Assembly (NCBI GenBank): GCA_963559065.1
Contig: CAUWIY010000010.1
Span: 5,527 to 69,526, forward strand
Reading direction: 5' to 3'
Source: an uncultured Clostridia bacterium
GTDB taxonomy: Bacteria > Bacillota > Clostridia > TANB77 > CAG-508
DNA: 64,000 nucleotides
Shown here: in pieces, positions 28,624 to 38,300 of the stretch
How the letters are laid out: each line of letters opens with the position of its first letter
Position numbering within the stretch: the stretch's first letter is position 1
Notes under the pieces: generated by a model
Seen by the model: only the letters and a program-made list of their open reading frames with translations
Told to the model about the DNA's origin: nothing
Databases searched by the model: none
Translations under genes and position numbers: made by a program

Positions 28624-29292
28624 ATGAAAAATATATTATTAGTTGAAGATAATGAAACAATAGTAATGGGACTAAAATATTCATTAGAACAGGAAAATAT
28701 AAAAGTAATATCAGCAAAAAATGTAATAGAAAGTAAACAAAAATTAGAGCAAGAAAATATAGATTTGGTATTATTAGATGTTTCATTACCAGATGGAAAT
28801 GGATTTGATATATGCAAAGAAATAAAACAAAAACAAGACATACCAGTAATTTTTTTAACTGCACAAGATGAAGAAACTAGTGTTGTTTTGGGTTTGGATT
28901 TAGGGGCAGATGATTATATTGTAAAACCATTTAGAACAAGGGAATTAATATCAAGAATTAATTCTGTATTAAGAAGATATGGTAAAAAAGAAGAAAATAT
29001 AAATATAATTAAATATAAAAATATAAAAATAGATGTAAATTCAGCTAAAGTGTATAAAGATAATGAAGAAATAATTTTTACAAGTTTAGAATATAGAATA
29101 TTACTTTTATTATTTACAAACCAAAATAAATTAATAACAAGAGAAAAGTTATTAGAAAAGATTTGGGACATAGCTGGTAATTTTGTTAATGACAATACTT
29201 TGACAGTATATATAAAACGAATTAGAGAAAAATTGGGAGATGAAGGAATTATAAAAACTGTAAGAGGATTGGGATATAGAATAGGAGATTAA
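28624..29292 (+). CDS. OmpR-family response regulator
   Basis: Receiver domain (LLVEDN...LLDVSLPDG...KP) plus winged helix (LTVYIKRIREKL...VRGLGYRI). Start moved to ATG 28624. Confidence 0.9.
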   Translation: MKNILLVEDNETIVMGLKYSLEQENIKVISAKNVIESKQKLEQENIDLVLLDVSLPDGNGFDICKEIKQKQDIPVIFLTAQDEETSVVLGLDLGADDYIVKPFRTRELISRINSVLRRYGKKEENINIIKYKNIKIDVNSAKVYKDNEEIIFTSLEYRILLLLFTNQNKLITREKLLEKIWDIAGNFVNDNTLTVYIKRIREKLGDEGIIKTVRGLGYRIGD

Positions 29293-29352
29293 TTCAAGTT
29301 AATTATATAATAATATATAGTTTTATAATTTAATAGAGAAAAGGAAGTAAAA

Positions 29353-30588
29353 ATGAAAATATTTGAAAATAAAAACTTAAAATATTTAATAATACCAATG
29401 TTAATTCTTACAATTGTAACAAGTATATGGATGATTAAACAAACTATAAATCAATATGAAAAAACAACAATAATACTAAATGAAAAAATAGCAGATATTA
29501 TAGGAGTTGTAAAAGAAAAATATCCTGAAATAGATGTAAGAGAAATAATAAAGATAATAAATTTAGATAAAAAAAGTGATAGTTTTGAAAGTGGTAAGCA
29601 AGAACTTACGAATTATGGAATTGATATAAATCATGTTAATTCAATTATATCAATCGAAAAACGAATGAAAACAAATGTAATATTAAATGTTATTTTAATT
29701 ATTGTATTTAGTATATTGTGGACGCTAATAATTTTGCTATATATAAGAGAAAGAGATAAAAAGATAAATCAAATTACAAAATATATAAATGAAGTAAGAA
29801 ATAAAAAATACGAATTAAATATTGATGAAAATAGTGAAGATGAATTAAGTAATTTAAAAAATGAATTGTACAAAATTACAGTTATGCTTAAAGAGGAAAG
29901 TGAAATATCAAAAAAAGACAAAGAAAATATAAAAGTAGCAGTTGAAGATATATCACATCAACTAAAAACACCACTTACATCTATAACAATAATGTTAGAT
30001 AATTTAAAATATAATCCGGACATGAATGAAGAAACAAGGCAAAAGTTTATATTTGAGATTGGTAAACAAATTAACTGGATAAATTGGCTTATTATATCAT
30101 TACTAAAATTATCAAAATTAGATGCAAATGTAGTACAGTTTTATAACGAGAAAATTAATTTAAAAAGTTTTATTAATGAAATTATAAATAATTTGGAAAT
30201 ACCAATAGAAATAAAAAATCAAAATATTATTATTAATGGAGATGAAAAAACATCATTTAAAGGAGATTATAAGTGGCAACAAGAAGCAATTACAAATATT
30301 ATAAAAAATTGTGTAGAACATAATATTGAAGGTGGAAGTATTTATATAGAATATGAGGAAAATAGTTTATTTACAAAAATAGTAATAAGAGATGAAGGAG
30401 AGGGAATTTCAAAAGAGGATTTAAAACATATTTTTGAAAGATTTTATAAAGGAAAAAATTCATCTGAAAATAGTGTTGGAATTGGACTTGCTTTGGCAAA
30501 AACTATTATAGAAAAAAATACTGGAATGATTACTTGTAAGTCAGAAATTGGAAAAGGTACAGAATTTATAATTAAATATATGAAATAA
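29353..30588 (+). CDS. Sensor histidine kinase
   Basis: Two TM helices flanking a loop of about 80 aa. H-box ISHQLKTPLTSI, N-box, G-box GIGLALAK. Confidence 0.9.
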   Translation: MKIFENKNLKYLIIPMLILTIVTSIWMIKQTINQYEKTTIILNEKIADIIGVVKEKYPEIDVREIIKIINLDKKSDSFESGKQELTNYGIDINHVNSIISIEKRMKTNVILNVILIIVFSILWTLIILLYIRERDKKINQITKYINEVRNKKYELNIDENSEDELSNLKNELYKITVMLKEESEISKKDKENIKVAVEDISHQLKTPLTSITIMLDNLKYNPDMNEETRQKFIFEIGKQINWINWLIISLLKLSKLDANVVQFYNEKINLKSFINEIINNLEIPIEIKNQNIIINGDEKTSFKGDYKWQQEAITNIIKNCVEHNIEGGSIYIEYEENSLFTKIVIRDEGEGISKEDLKHIFERFYKGKNSSENSVGIGLALAKTIIEKNTGMITCKSEIGKGTEFIIKYMK

Positions 30589-30638
30589 AAAACAAAAAGC
30601 AATGAAGTTATTATTAAAAATAAAGCTTGTGAAAATGA

Positions 30639-31094
30639 TTATTCAATCTTTCCACAAGCAATTTTTAATCCAGAATTACCACTTGGTTGAGTAGTAAAAT
30701 CATCAGGCGAATCATGAATAATAACAATTTTACCTAATATATCTTTTAATTTAAATTTATTTATTAAAACAGTCATATATGCGTAACCATTGTTCTCAAT
30801 TAATGGTGGTAAATCTCCAATATGAAAAGGATGCTGACAGTTTGTTGTATTTAAGTGCATTTTTGCGTTTGCAAAGTTATCAGTTGAATTCCCTGTGCAA
30901 GAAGTTCCTTCATGAATATGAAAACCAAAGAATCTACCTTTGCAATTGTTATCTGATTGTGGTAGATTTTTTATTTTAGCTGTAACTAAAACACCTGATT
31001 TCGTTTCTTTAAAAGTAACCGTTCCAGTTATTTTAGGATATTTATTTCCTCCTTTTATATTTGCTTTAGCAATATTAAAAATATTTGTAAACAT
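30639..31094 (-). CDS. Cu/Zn superoxide dismutase family protein (no signal peptide)
   Basis: FHIHEGTSC, HPFHIGDLP, VIIHD..DD metal-ligand pattern. Confidence 0.8.
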   Translation of the reverse strand: MFTNIFNIAKANIKGGNKYPKITGTVTFKETKSGVLVTAKIKNLPQSDNNCKGRFFGFHIHEGTSCTGNSTDNFANAKMHLNTTNCQHPFHIGDLPPLIENNGYAYMTVLINKFKLKDILGKIVIIHDSPDDFTTQPSGNSGLKIACGKIE

Positions 31095-31200
31095 ATAAAC
31101 ACCTCTAGTTTAATATATTCATAGTTTTATAAAATGTTATTATATGTAATAAATTTTTAAAGATATAATTTAATTCAAAAATGACAAAATTTATAGATAA

Positions 31201-31221
31201 AAAGTCACTTGAAAGTCACTT
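31201..31221 (+). promoter_or_regulatory. Direct-repeat candidate response-regulator binding site upstream of the ABC operon
   Basis: AAAGTCACTT at 31201-31210 and 31212-31221 (11-bp phasing). Located where a -35 would be, relative to TATACT/TATAAA at 31230-31240. Confidence 0.45.
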
Positions 31222-31300
31222 TAAGAAATTATACTATAAATATCCATAAGGGAAGTTTGCAAATAGGCAAAAATGGTCAAGAAAAAAAGGAGGAGTTTTG

Positions 31301-31984
31301 ATGGAAATATTAAGAGTTGAAAACTTAAGTAAGGTTTATGGAAAGGGAGAAAATAAAGTAAATGCTGTAGATAATATTTCATTTTCAGTAGAAAAAGGAG
31401 AATTTGTTGCAATTATTGGAGCAAGTGGAAGCGGAAAATCTACATTACTTCATTTAATTGGAGGAGTAGATAGACCGACATCAGGGAAAGTATATATTGA
31501 TGGAAAAGATATATATTCACTTAATGATGATAATTTAGCAATTTTTAGAAGAAGACAAGTGGGATTGATTTATCAATTTTATAATTTAATACCAGTTTTA
31601 AATGTTGAAGAAAATATAACATTACCTTGTAGATTAGATGGAAGAGATGTAAATGAACAAAGATTAAACGAATTATTAAAAACATTAGGGTTAGATAAAA
31701 GAAAAGATAATTTACCAAATCAATTATCAGGAGGACAACAACAAAGAGTTTCTATTGGTAGAGCAATAGCAAATGAACCAGCATTAATGCTTGCAGATGA
31801 ACCAACAGGAAATTTGGACTCTAAGGCTAGTGAAGAAATAATTTCATTATTAAGACTTTCAAATAAAAAATATAATCAAACAGTTATAGTTATAACACAT
31901 GATGAGAAAATAGCGCTTGAAGCAGATAGAATTATAACAATAGATGATGGAAAAATAATAAAAGATGAAAGGACAGGAAAATAA
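31301..31984 (+). CDS. ABC transporter ATP-binding protein (MacB/LolD-type)
   Basis: GASGSGKST, LSGGQQQRVSIGRA, LADEPTGNLD. ATG 31301 follows an AAAGGAGGAG SD. Confidence 0.9.
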   Translation: MEILRVENLSKVYGKGENKVNAVDNISFSVEKGEFVAIIGASGSGKSTLLHLIGGVDRPTSGKVYIDGKDIYSLNDDNLAIFRRRQVGLIYQFYNLIPVLNVEENITLPCRLDGRDVNEQRLNELLKTLGLDKRKDNLPNQLSGGQQQRVSIGRAIANEPALMLADEPTGNLDSKASEEIISLLRLSNKKYNQTVIVITHDEKIALEADRIITIDDGKIIKDERTGK

Positions 31985-34686
31985 TGAAAGTTTTAAATGA
32001 ATTAAGTGTTAAAGATTTAAGACTAAATAAGAAAAGGTCAATAGTAATTATTATAGGAATTATTTTATCAACAGCTTTAATTTGCGGTGTTGCTGGTTTG
32101 GTAGCAAGTTTCCAAAAAACACTGATGGAATCAGCAAAAGAAAATGCAGGAAATTATCATACACTTTTTTATGATGTGCCAAAAGAAGAACTTAAATATA
32201 TAGAAGAAAATAGAAGTGTTCAAGATTATTATTTGTCAGAAGAGTTAGGATGTAGTTATTTACCTAAATTAAATTTATCATCAGGAAAAATAGACCAGCC
32301 ATATGTAAATGTAATATCAATGGATAATAAGTTTTTAAATAATATGGCAATTAAGATTGAAGAAGGAAGATTACCAGAAAATGATAGTGAATTAGTTATA
32401 TCTACAAGAATAAATGAGAGGTATAAATTAAACTATAAGGTAGGAGATAAAATTACTTTAAATATAGGAGAAAGACAACTTGCAGATGGAAGTAAATTAG
32501 ATAAACATAATCCATATATTTCTGGTGAAAAAGATGAAAATGGAAAAGAGATACAAGAACAATTAGTTAATACAACAGAAAAAACATATACAATAGTAGG
32601 GATTATGGAAAGACCATCAACAGCAATAGAATCATTTGAAACACCATGGTTTACAGCTATTACAAAAATGGAAAAAGTACAGAAAAAAGCTAATATAGCA
32701 GTATTATATAATAATCCATTTGATTATGCTGAAAATACAGAAAATATAAATCATATGAAAAGATTAGAAGAAGGTAAAATGGCTGATCCTAATAGTTCTT
32801 ATAATTTTGGAGGGTTACGTCATACATATACAAGCTATAAATATGATTTTAATATAAATACAGATTTATTAGCATATATTGGTGCGAATTTAAGTGATAG
32901 CACATTAACAATGGTATATGGGTTAGCTGGTTTTATAATGGCAATTGTTTTGGTATCAAGTGTATTTGTAATTAGAAATGGATTTGCAATATCAATTACA
33001 GAAAGATTAAAACAATATGGAATGCTTTCAAGTATTGGTGCAACGAAACAACAAATAAAGAAAAGTGTTTATTTTGAAGGGTTTATATTAGGTATTATAG
33101 GTATTCCTTTGGGAATTTTAGGAGGAACACTTGCAATTTATGTATTAGTTAATTTAGTGAACTTTATATTGGGAGATTATATATCTGGTGGAATTTTACT
33201 AGTATATGATATGTCTTGGCTTGCTGTTGTTATAAGTGCTTTAGTATCTATAATTACAATTTGGCTTTCATGCAAAAGCTCAGCAAGAAGAGCTGCTAAA
33301 GTATCTCCAATTGAAGCGATTAGAAGTTCAAATGATGTAAAATTAGAAGCTAAAAAAATAAAATGTCCTAAATTTGTTACAAAAATATTTAAAACAGGTG
33401 GAGAAATTGCATATAAAAATTTAAAAAGAAGTAAAAAGAAATATAGAACAACAGTAATTTCTATAATAGTAAGTGTAGTAATATTTATTGCAATTTCAAG
33501 TTTTATTGAGTATGGATTTAGAATATCTGGAGTATATTATAAAAACTTTAATTATAATTTTGCTATATATTGTATGGCAGATTCATCACCTGAAGATAAA
33601 GATGCGTATAAAAAACAATTAGAAAAAAATGAAAAGATATTATCAGATATATCAAAGTTTGACAATATTGATAAATTTTCAATAAATAAATCTAACTCAT
33701 TTGAAATTGTAGTAGATGATAAATACGAGGCTCAATTAACTGATTATGGAAAAGAATTTAAAGAGAAAAATTATCAGTATTCAGACAGTACTCATGAAAC
33801 TAAGATAGATATTGTAAATATTGTTTCTTTAAGTCAAGAAGAGTATGAAAGATATATAAAGAAAATTGGAGGCAATTACGAGACATATAAAAATGGGGCA
33901 ATTTTAATAGATAATAATATTAATTATGACAAAGAGGGCAAAAAGATACAAGGTAGTATGTATAAATGGAAAAGTGGAGATATAATTCATGGAAAAATAG
34001 ATGAAAAAGATTATGATATTAAAATTGTAGCAAGAACAGAAGAAAGACCAATGGGAATGGAAGATTCAGAATATGCAACAAATGCGTATTTTATAGTAAG
34101 CAATGAATTTATGGAAAACTTAGGTAGTCCTAGTCATCCTGCTATGTATATACAAGCAAAAGATGCTTATAAATTACAAGAAGATATTGAAAAATATATG
34201 AAAGAAAATAAGTTAAAAGAGAAAGATTTGTATCTAAATAATATACAAGAAGGAGTAGAAGAAGAAAAAGCAATGATATTAGTAATATCAATCTTCTTAT
34301 ATGGATTTATAGCAGTAATTACATTAATAGGTGTAACTAATATATTTAATACAATAACAACAAATATGAACTTAAGAAAAAAAGAATTTGCAATGCTTAA
34401 ATCAATTGGAATGACTAAAAAAGAATTTAACAGAATGATTAGGTTAGAAAGCATTTTCTATGGTATAAAATCATTGATAATAGGAATACCATTAGGAGTA
34501 TTATTATCTTATGGAATATATAATGTTGTTAATAATAATATAGGAATGGAATATAATTTACCAATAAAAGCAATTTTAGTAGCAATTGTATTTGTGGCAA
34601 TAGTTATTGGAATAATTATGAGATATTCTATGAACAAAATTAATAAACAAAATATAATTGAAACTATTAGAAATGATAATATTTAA
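31984..34686 (+). CDS. ABC transporter permease with two FtsX domains and large extracytoplasmic regions
   Basis: Two FtsX signatures (KQYGMLSSIGATKQQI..., KKEFAMLKSIGMTKKEF...). TAATG coupling to the ATPase. Confidence 0.85.
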   Translation: MKVLNELSVKDLRLNKKRSIVIIIGIILSTALICGVAGLVASFQKTLMESAKENAGNYHTLFYDVPKEELKYIEENRSVQDYYLSEELGCSYLPKLNLSSGKIDQPYVNVISMDNKFLNNMAIKIEEGRLPENDSELVISTRINERYKLNYKVGDKITLNIGERQLADGSKLDKHNPYISGEKDENGKEIQEQLVNTTEKTYTIVGIMERPSTAIESFETPWFTAITKMEKVQKKANIAVLYNNPFDYAENTENINHMKRLEEGKMADPNSSYNFGGLRHTYTSYKYDFNINTDLLAYIGANLSDSTLTMVYGLAGFIMAIVLVSSVFVIRNGFAISITERLKQYGMLSSIGATKQQIKKSVYFEGFILGIIGIPLGILGGTLAIYVLVNLVNFILGDYISGGILLVYDMSWLAVVISALVSIITIWLSCKSSARRAAKVSPIEAIRSSNDVKLEAKKIKCPKFVTKIFKTGGEIAYKNLKRSKKKYRTTVISIIVSVVIFIAISSFIEYGFRISGVYYKNFNYNFAIYCMADSSPEDKDAYKKQLEKNEKILSDISKFDNIDKFSINKSNSFEIVVDDKYEAQLTDYGKEFKEKNYQYSDSTHETKIDIVNIVSLSQEEYERYIKKIGGNYETYKNGAILIDNNINYDKEGKKIQGSMYKWKSGDIIHGKIDEKDYDIKIVARTEERPMGMEDSEYATNAYFIVSNEFMENLGSPSHPAMYIQAKDAYKLQEDIEKYMKENKLKEKDLYLNNIQEGVEEEKAMILVISIFLYGFIAVITLIGVTNIFNTITTNMNLRKKEFAMLKSIGMTKKEFNRMIRLESIFYGIKSLIIGIPLGVLLSYGIYNVVNNNIGMEYNLPIKAILVAIVFVAIVIGIIMRYSMNKINKQNIIETIRNDNI

Positions 34687-34992
34687 TATAGTAAAGAAGA
34701 TTCAGTTGGAGTAAACTCTATTACCGTGTTCGGTTTAAATTAGTTTGCATCAATAAGAGTCTTTTTTCTTTTATTTGCATTAATTTAATCAATTTGATAA
34801 AATATAATCAAAAATATAAAAATATATTTTTACATATTTATTATACAAAAAATAAAATCACAAAATACTTGAAATATCAAGTTAATGAACGTATGTATCA
34901 CATATGAATTATACTAATATTAATATAAAAGTAAATGTAGAAAGGAGTGTATGGTGTATTTAAATTATTTAAATATTTCATACAAGAAATAA

Positions 34993-35298
34993 ATGTATTA
35001 TACATATATGCTAAGATGTGCAGATAATTCAATATATACAGGAATGACAAATAATATAGAAAACAGATTAAATGAACATATTTCAAAAGGAAAGAATGGA
35101 GCAAAATATACAAAGTCTCATGATGTAGTAAAACTGGAAAAAGTCTGGAAAAGTAGAGATAAATCATTAGCTTGTAAATTAGAATATCAAATAAAAAATC
35201 TTACAAAACAGCAAAAAGAAAATTTGATAAAAGGTGAAAGGTTATCTACATATTTAAAGGGTAAAGTAGACTGTAGAAGATATAGTAAGGTTCTATGA
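34993..35298 (+). CDS. GIY-YIG nuclease family protein (UPF0213/YazA-like)
   Basis: YYTYMLRCADNSIYTGMTNNIENRLNEH...GAKYT. Confidence 0.8.
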   Translation: MYYTYMLRCADNSIYTGMTNNIENRLNEHISKGKNGAKYTKSHDVVKLEKVWKSRDKSLACKLEYQIKNLTKQQKENLIKGERLSTYLKGKVDCRRYSKVL

Positions 35299-35314
35299 AA
35301 GTAAGGAGGAAATT

Positions 35315-38300
35315 ATGCCAAAGTGGACAGAGGAACAAAAACAAGCAATATATGAAAAGGGGTCAAATTTATTAGTTGCAGCAGCAGCAGGAAGTGGAAA
35401 AACAGCTGTTTTAGTAGAAAGAATAATTAATAAAGTAATGAATGAAAATATTGATATAGATAGATTATTGGTTGTGACTTTTACAAATGCAGCAGCTGCT
35501 GAAATGAGAGAAAGAGTATTAGATGCAATTTATAAGAAATTGGAAGAAGAACCAGAAAATGAAAAGTTACAAAAACAACTTATGTTATTAAATATGGCAA
35601 GTATTTGTACAATAGATTCATTTTGTTTAGAAATTGTAAAAAATAATTTTTATGAATTGGAAAATGTATCTCCAAATTTTAGAATTGCAGATACACCGGA
35701 AATTGAATTATTAAAACAAGAATTATTAGATGAATTATTTGAAAAAAAATATGAAGAAGAAAATGAAGATTTTGTGAAACTTGTTAGCACTTATACAAAT
35801 TATAGAGATGATACTCCTCTAAAAGATTTAATATTAAAAATATATAATTATATAAGCTCGAGTCCCTATCCAAAAGAATGGTTACATGAAAAGATAGAAA
35901 TGTTTAATTTAAAAGACAAAATTAATAGGGATTTTAGCGAAACTTTGTGGGGAAAAATTTTGTTGCAAGATTTAAAAGAAGAATTAGAAGATGACATAAC
36001 AGTTCTAAAAGGAGTACAAGAAGACTTAAGTTTTGACGAAGAATTAGAACCATTTAGACAAATAGTAGAATCAGATGTAAAACAATTGCAAACACTAAAA
36101 TCTAATTTGGACAATTGGGACAATGCGTATCAAATATCACAAAATATAAAATTTATGACATGGTCAAGAAAAAAAGTAGAATCAGAAATAAAAGATGAAG
36201 CAAAAAAAATAAGAGATAGTGTAAAAGACAAATTTGGAAAAAAAGTAAATAAAATATTAATATCAAATTCTAATCAAGCAAATCAAGACATATATGACAT
36301 GTATGATATATTGAAAAAATTAGAAAATCTAATATTAGAATTTGACAACATATTCAATACAAAAAAAAGAGAAAAAAACATAGTAGACTTTACTGACATA
36401 GAACACTTTGCACTAGAAATATTATTAAAAAAAGATGAAACAGGAAAAATTCAAAAAACAGAAGTAGCAAAAAGATACACAGAAAAATTTGAAGAAATAG
36501 CAATAGACGAATATCAGGACAGCAACTTAGTACAAGAATACATATTAAGTTCAATCTCGAGAGGGAACAACCAATTTATGGTAGGAGACGTAAAACAAAG
36601 CATTTACAGATTCAGACAAGCAATGCCAAAACTCTTCCTAGACAAATACTCAAAATTCTGGTCAGTGGGGACAGACGTAGTTTGTTCCAAAGATAAGTCG
36701 GAATTTGTCGAGGAATATGAAAAAATACAAGAAGAGACAAAAAGTGACAAAAATGATAGAACAAAACTAGACTGTCCCCATTGCCCAGGAAGGAAAATAC
36801 AGCTGTATAAAAATTTTAGGAGTAGGGCTAATGTACTGGATTTTACGAATTTTGTTTTTCAGGATATTATGAGCGAAGTGCTTGGAGAGGTTGAATATAA
36901 TAAAAATGAGTATTTGAATTTTGGGGCTGAGGATTATAAATGTATTAATCAAAATTTTAAAACTGAAATTGATATTATTAATACAAAGGCAGAACTGCAA
37001 GATGATGATAATAAAAATACAATTGAGGATATTAATAGTATTAATGGTATTGATAGTATTGATGGAGGGGCTTCTATAGATGCAGATGATTTTGAACATT
37101 TAGAAGAGATTGAGCTTGAAGCAAAATATGTTGCAAATAGAATACAAGAGCTGATAAAGACAAATTATCAGGTTTATGACCGAAAAAGTGGTGAGTTTAG
37201 AAATATCAAATATAGAGATATTGCAATTCTTTTAAGGTCAACTAAGGAAAAAGCAAGTATCTATGAACAAGAACTTATGAACTTAGAGATTCCAGTATTT
37301 TCAGATAGTACACAAGAATATTTGGATTCAATAGAAATTCAAACTATAATGAGTGTATTAAAAATAATTGATAATCCAATACAAGATATTCCATTAGTAA
37401 CAGTTATGAGGTCACCAATTGGTGGATTTACAGATAATGATTTAATAGAAATTAGATTAGTGGATAAACAAGATGATTTTTATCATTGTTTATTAAAATC
37501 TAAAATTAATACTACTGATAAATTAAGAATGAAAATAACAAAATTTTTGGATAATTTAGATAATTGGAGAGAAGAACAGGAATATTTAGCTTTGGATGAA
37601 TTGATTTGGAAAATTTATACAGATACAGGATATTATCATTATGTTGGACTAATGCCAAATGGGAATATAAGACAAGCTAATTTGAAAATGTTATTTGAAA
37701 GAGCAAAAGGATATGAAACAGCTAGCTTTAAGGGATTGTATAATTTTATTCAGTTTATAGAAAAATTAAAAATTAATTCAGGGGATTTAGGCTCTGCCAA
37801 AATAATTGGAGAAAATGATGATGTTGTTAGAATAATGAGTATTCACAAAAGTAAAGGTCTAGAATTTCCAATTGTGTTTTTGGTAAACAGTAATAAACAA
37901 TGTAATGAACAAGAAACAAAGTTGGATTCAGTGTTATTACATCAAGATATTGGAATTGGTGTGAAATACATTGATTATTATGCACAAATAAAATATGATA
38001 CATTGACTAGAGAAGCTATTAAGAATAAATTAAAAAATGAGAACTTGTCAGAAGAGATGAGAATTCTATATGTTGCACTTACACGAGCAAAAGAAAAATT
38101 GATAATAACAGGAACATCTAAGGATTTTGAAAATAAATTGGAGAAAATGGAAAAACAAATAGAAATATATCCTAAGGAAAAACAAAAAATTAATCCAATT
38201 TTAATAAAAAAATATAAATCGTTTTTAGATTGGATTTTATTAGTATATCTTTATGAAAAAGAAAAAGCTAACAAATTGGCAGAAATAAAAGAAATAAATC

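Noticed and set aside
28624-34686. Calling the two-component/ABC module a classical BceRS-BceAB bacitracin system.
   Set aside because: The kinase has a sizeable extracytoplasmic loop, whereas BceS is an intramembrane-sensing type. The permease is 900 aa with two large external domains rather than the 10-TM, roughly 650-aa BceB layout. Only a generic envelope-stress module is claimed.
37027-37062. 9-nt tandem repeat inside addA (att aat agt / att aat ggt / att gat agt / att gat gga, encoding INSINGIDSIDG) as a possible phase-variation tract.
   Set aside because: Unit changes keep the reading frame, and the repeat sits in an acidic low-complexity linker. It is more likely a slippage-prone linker than a switch.
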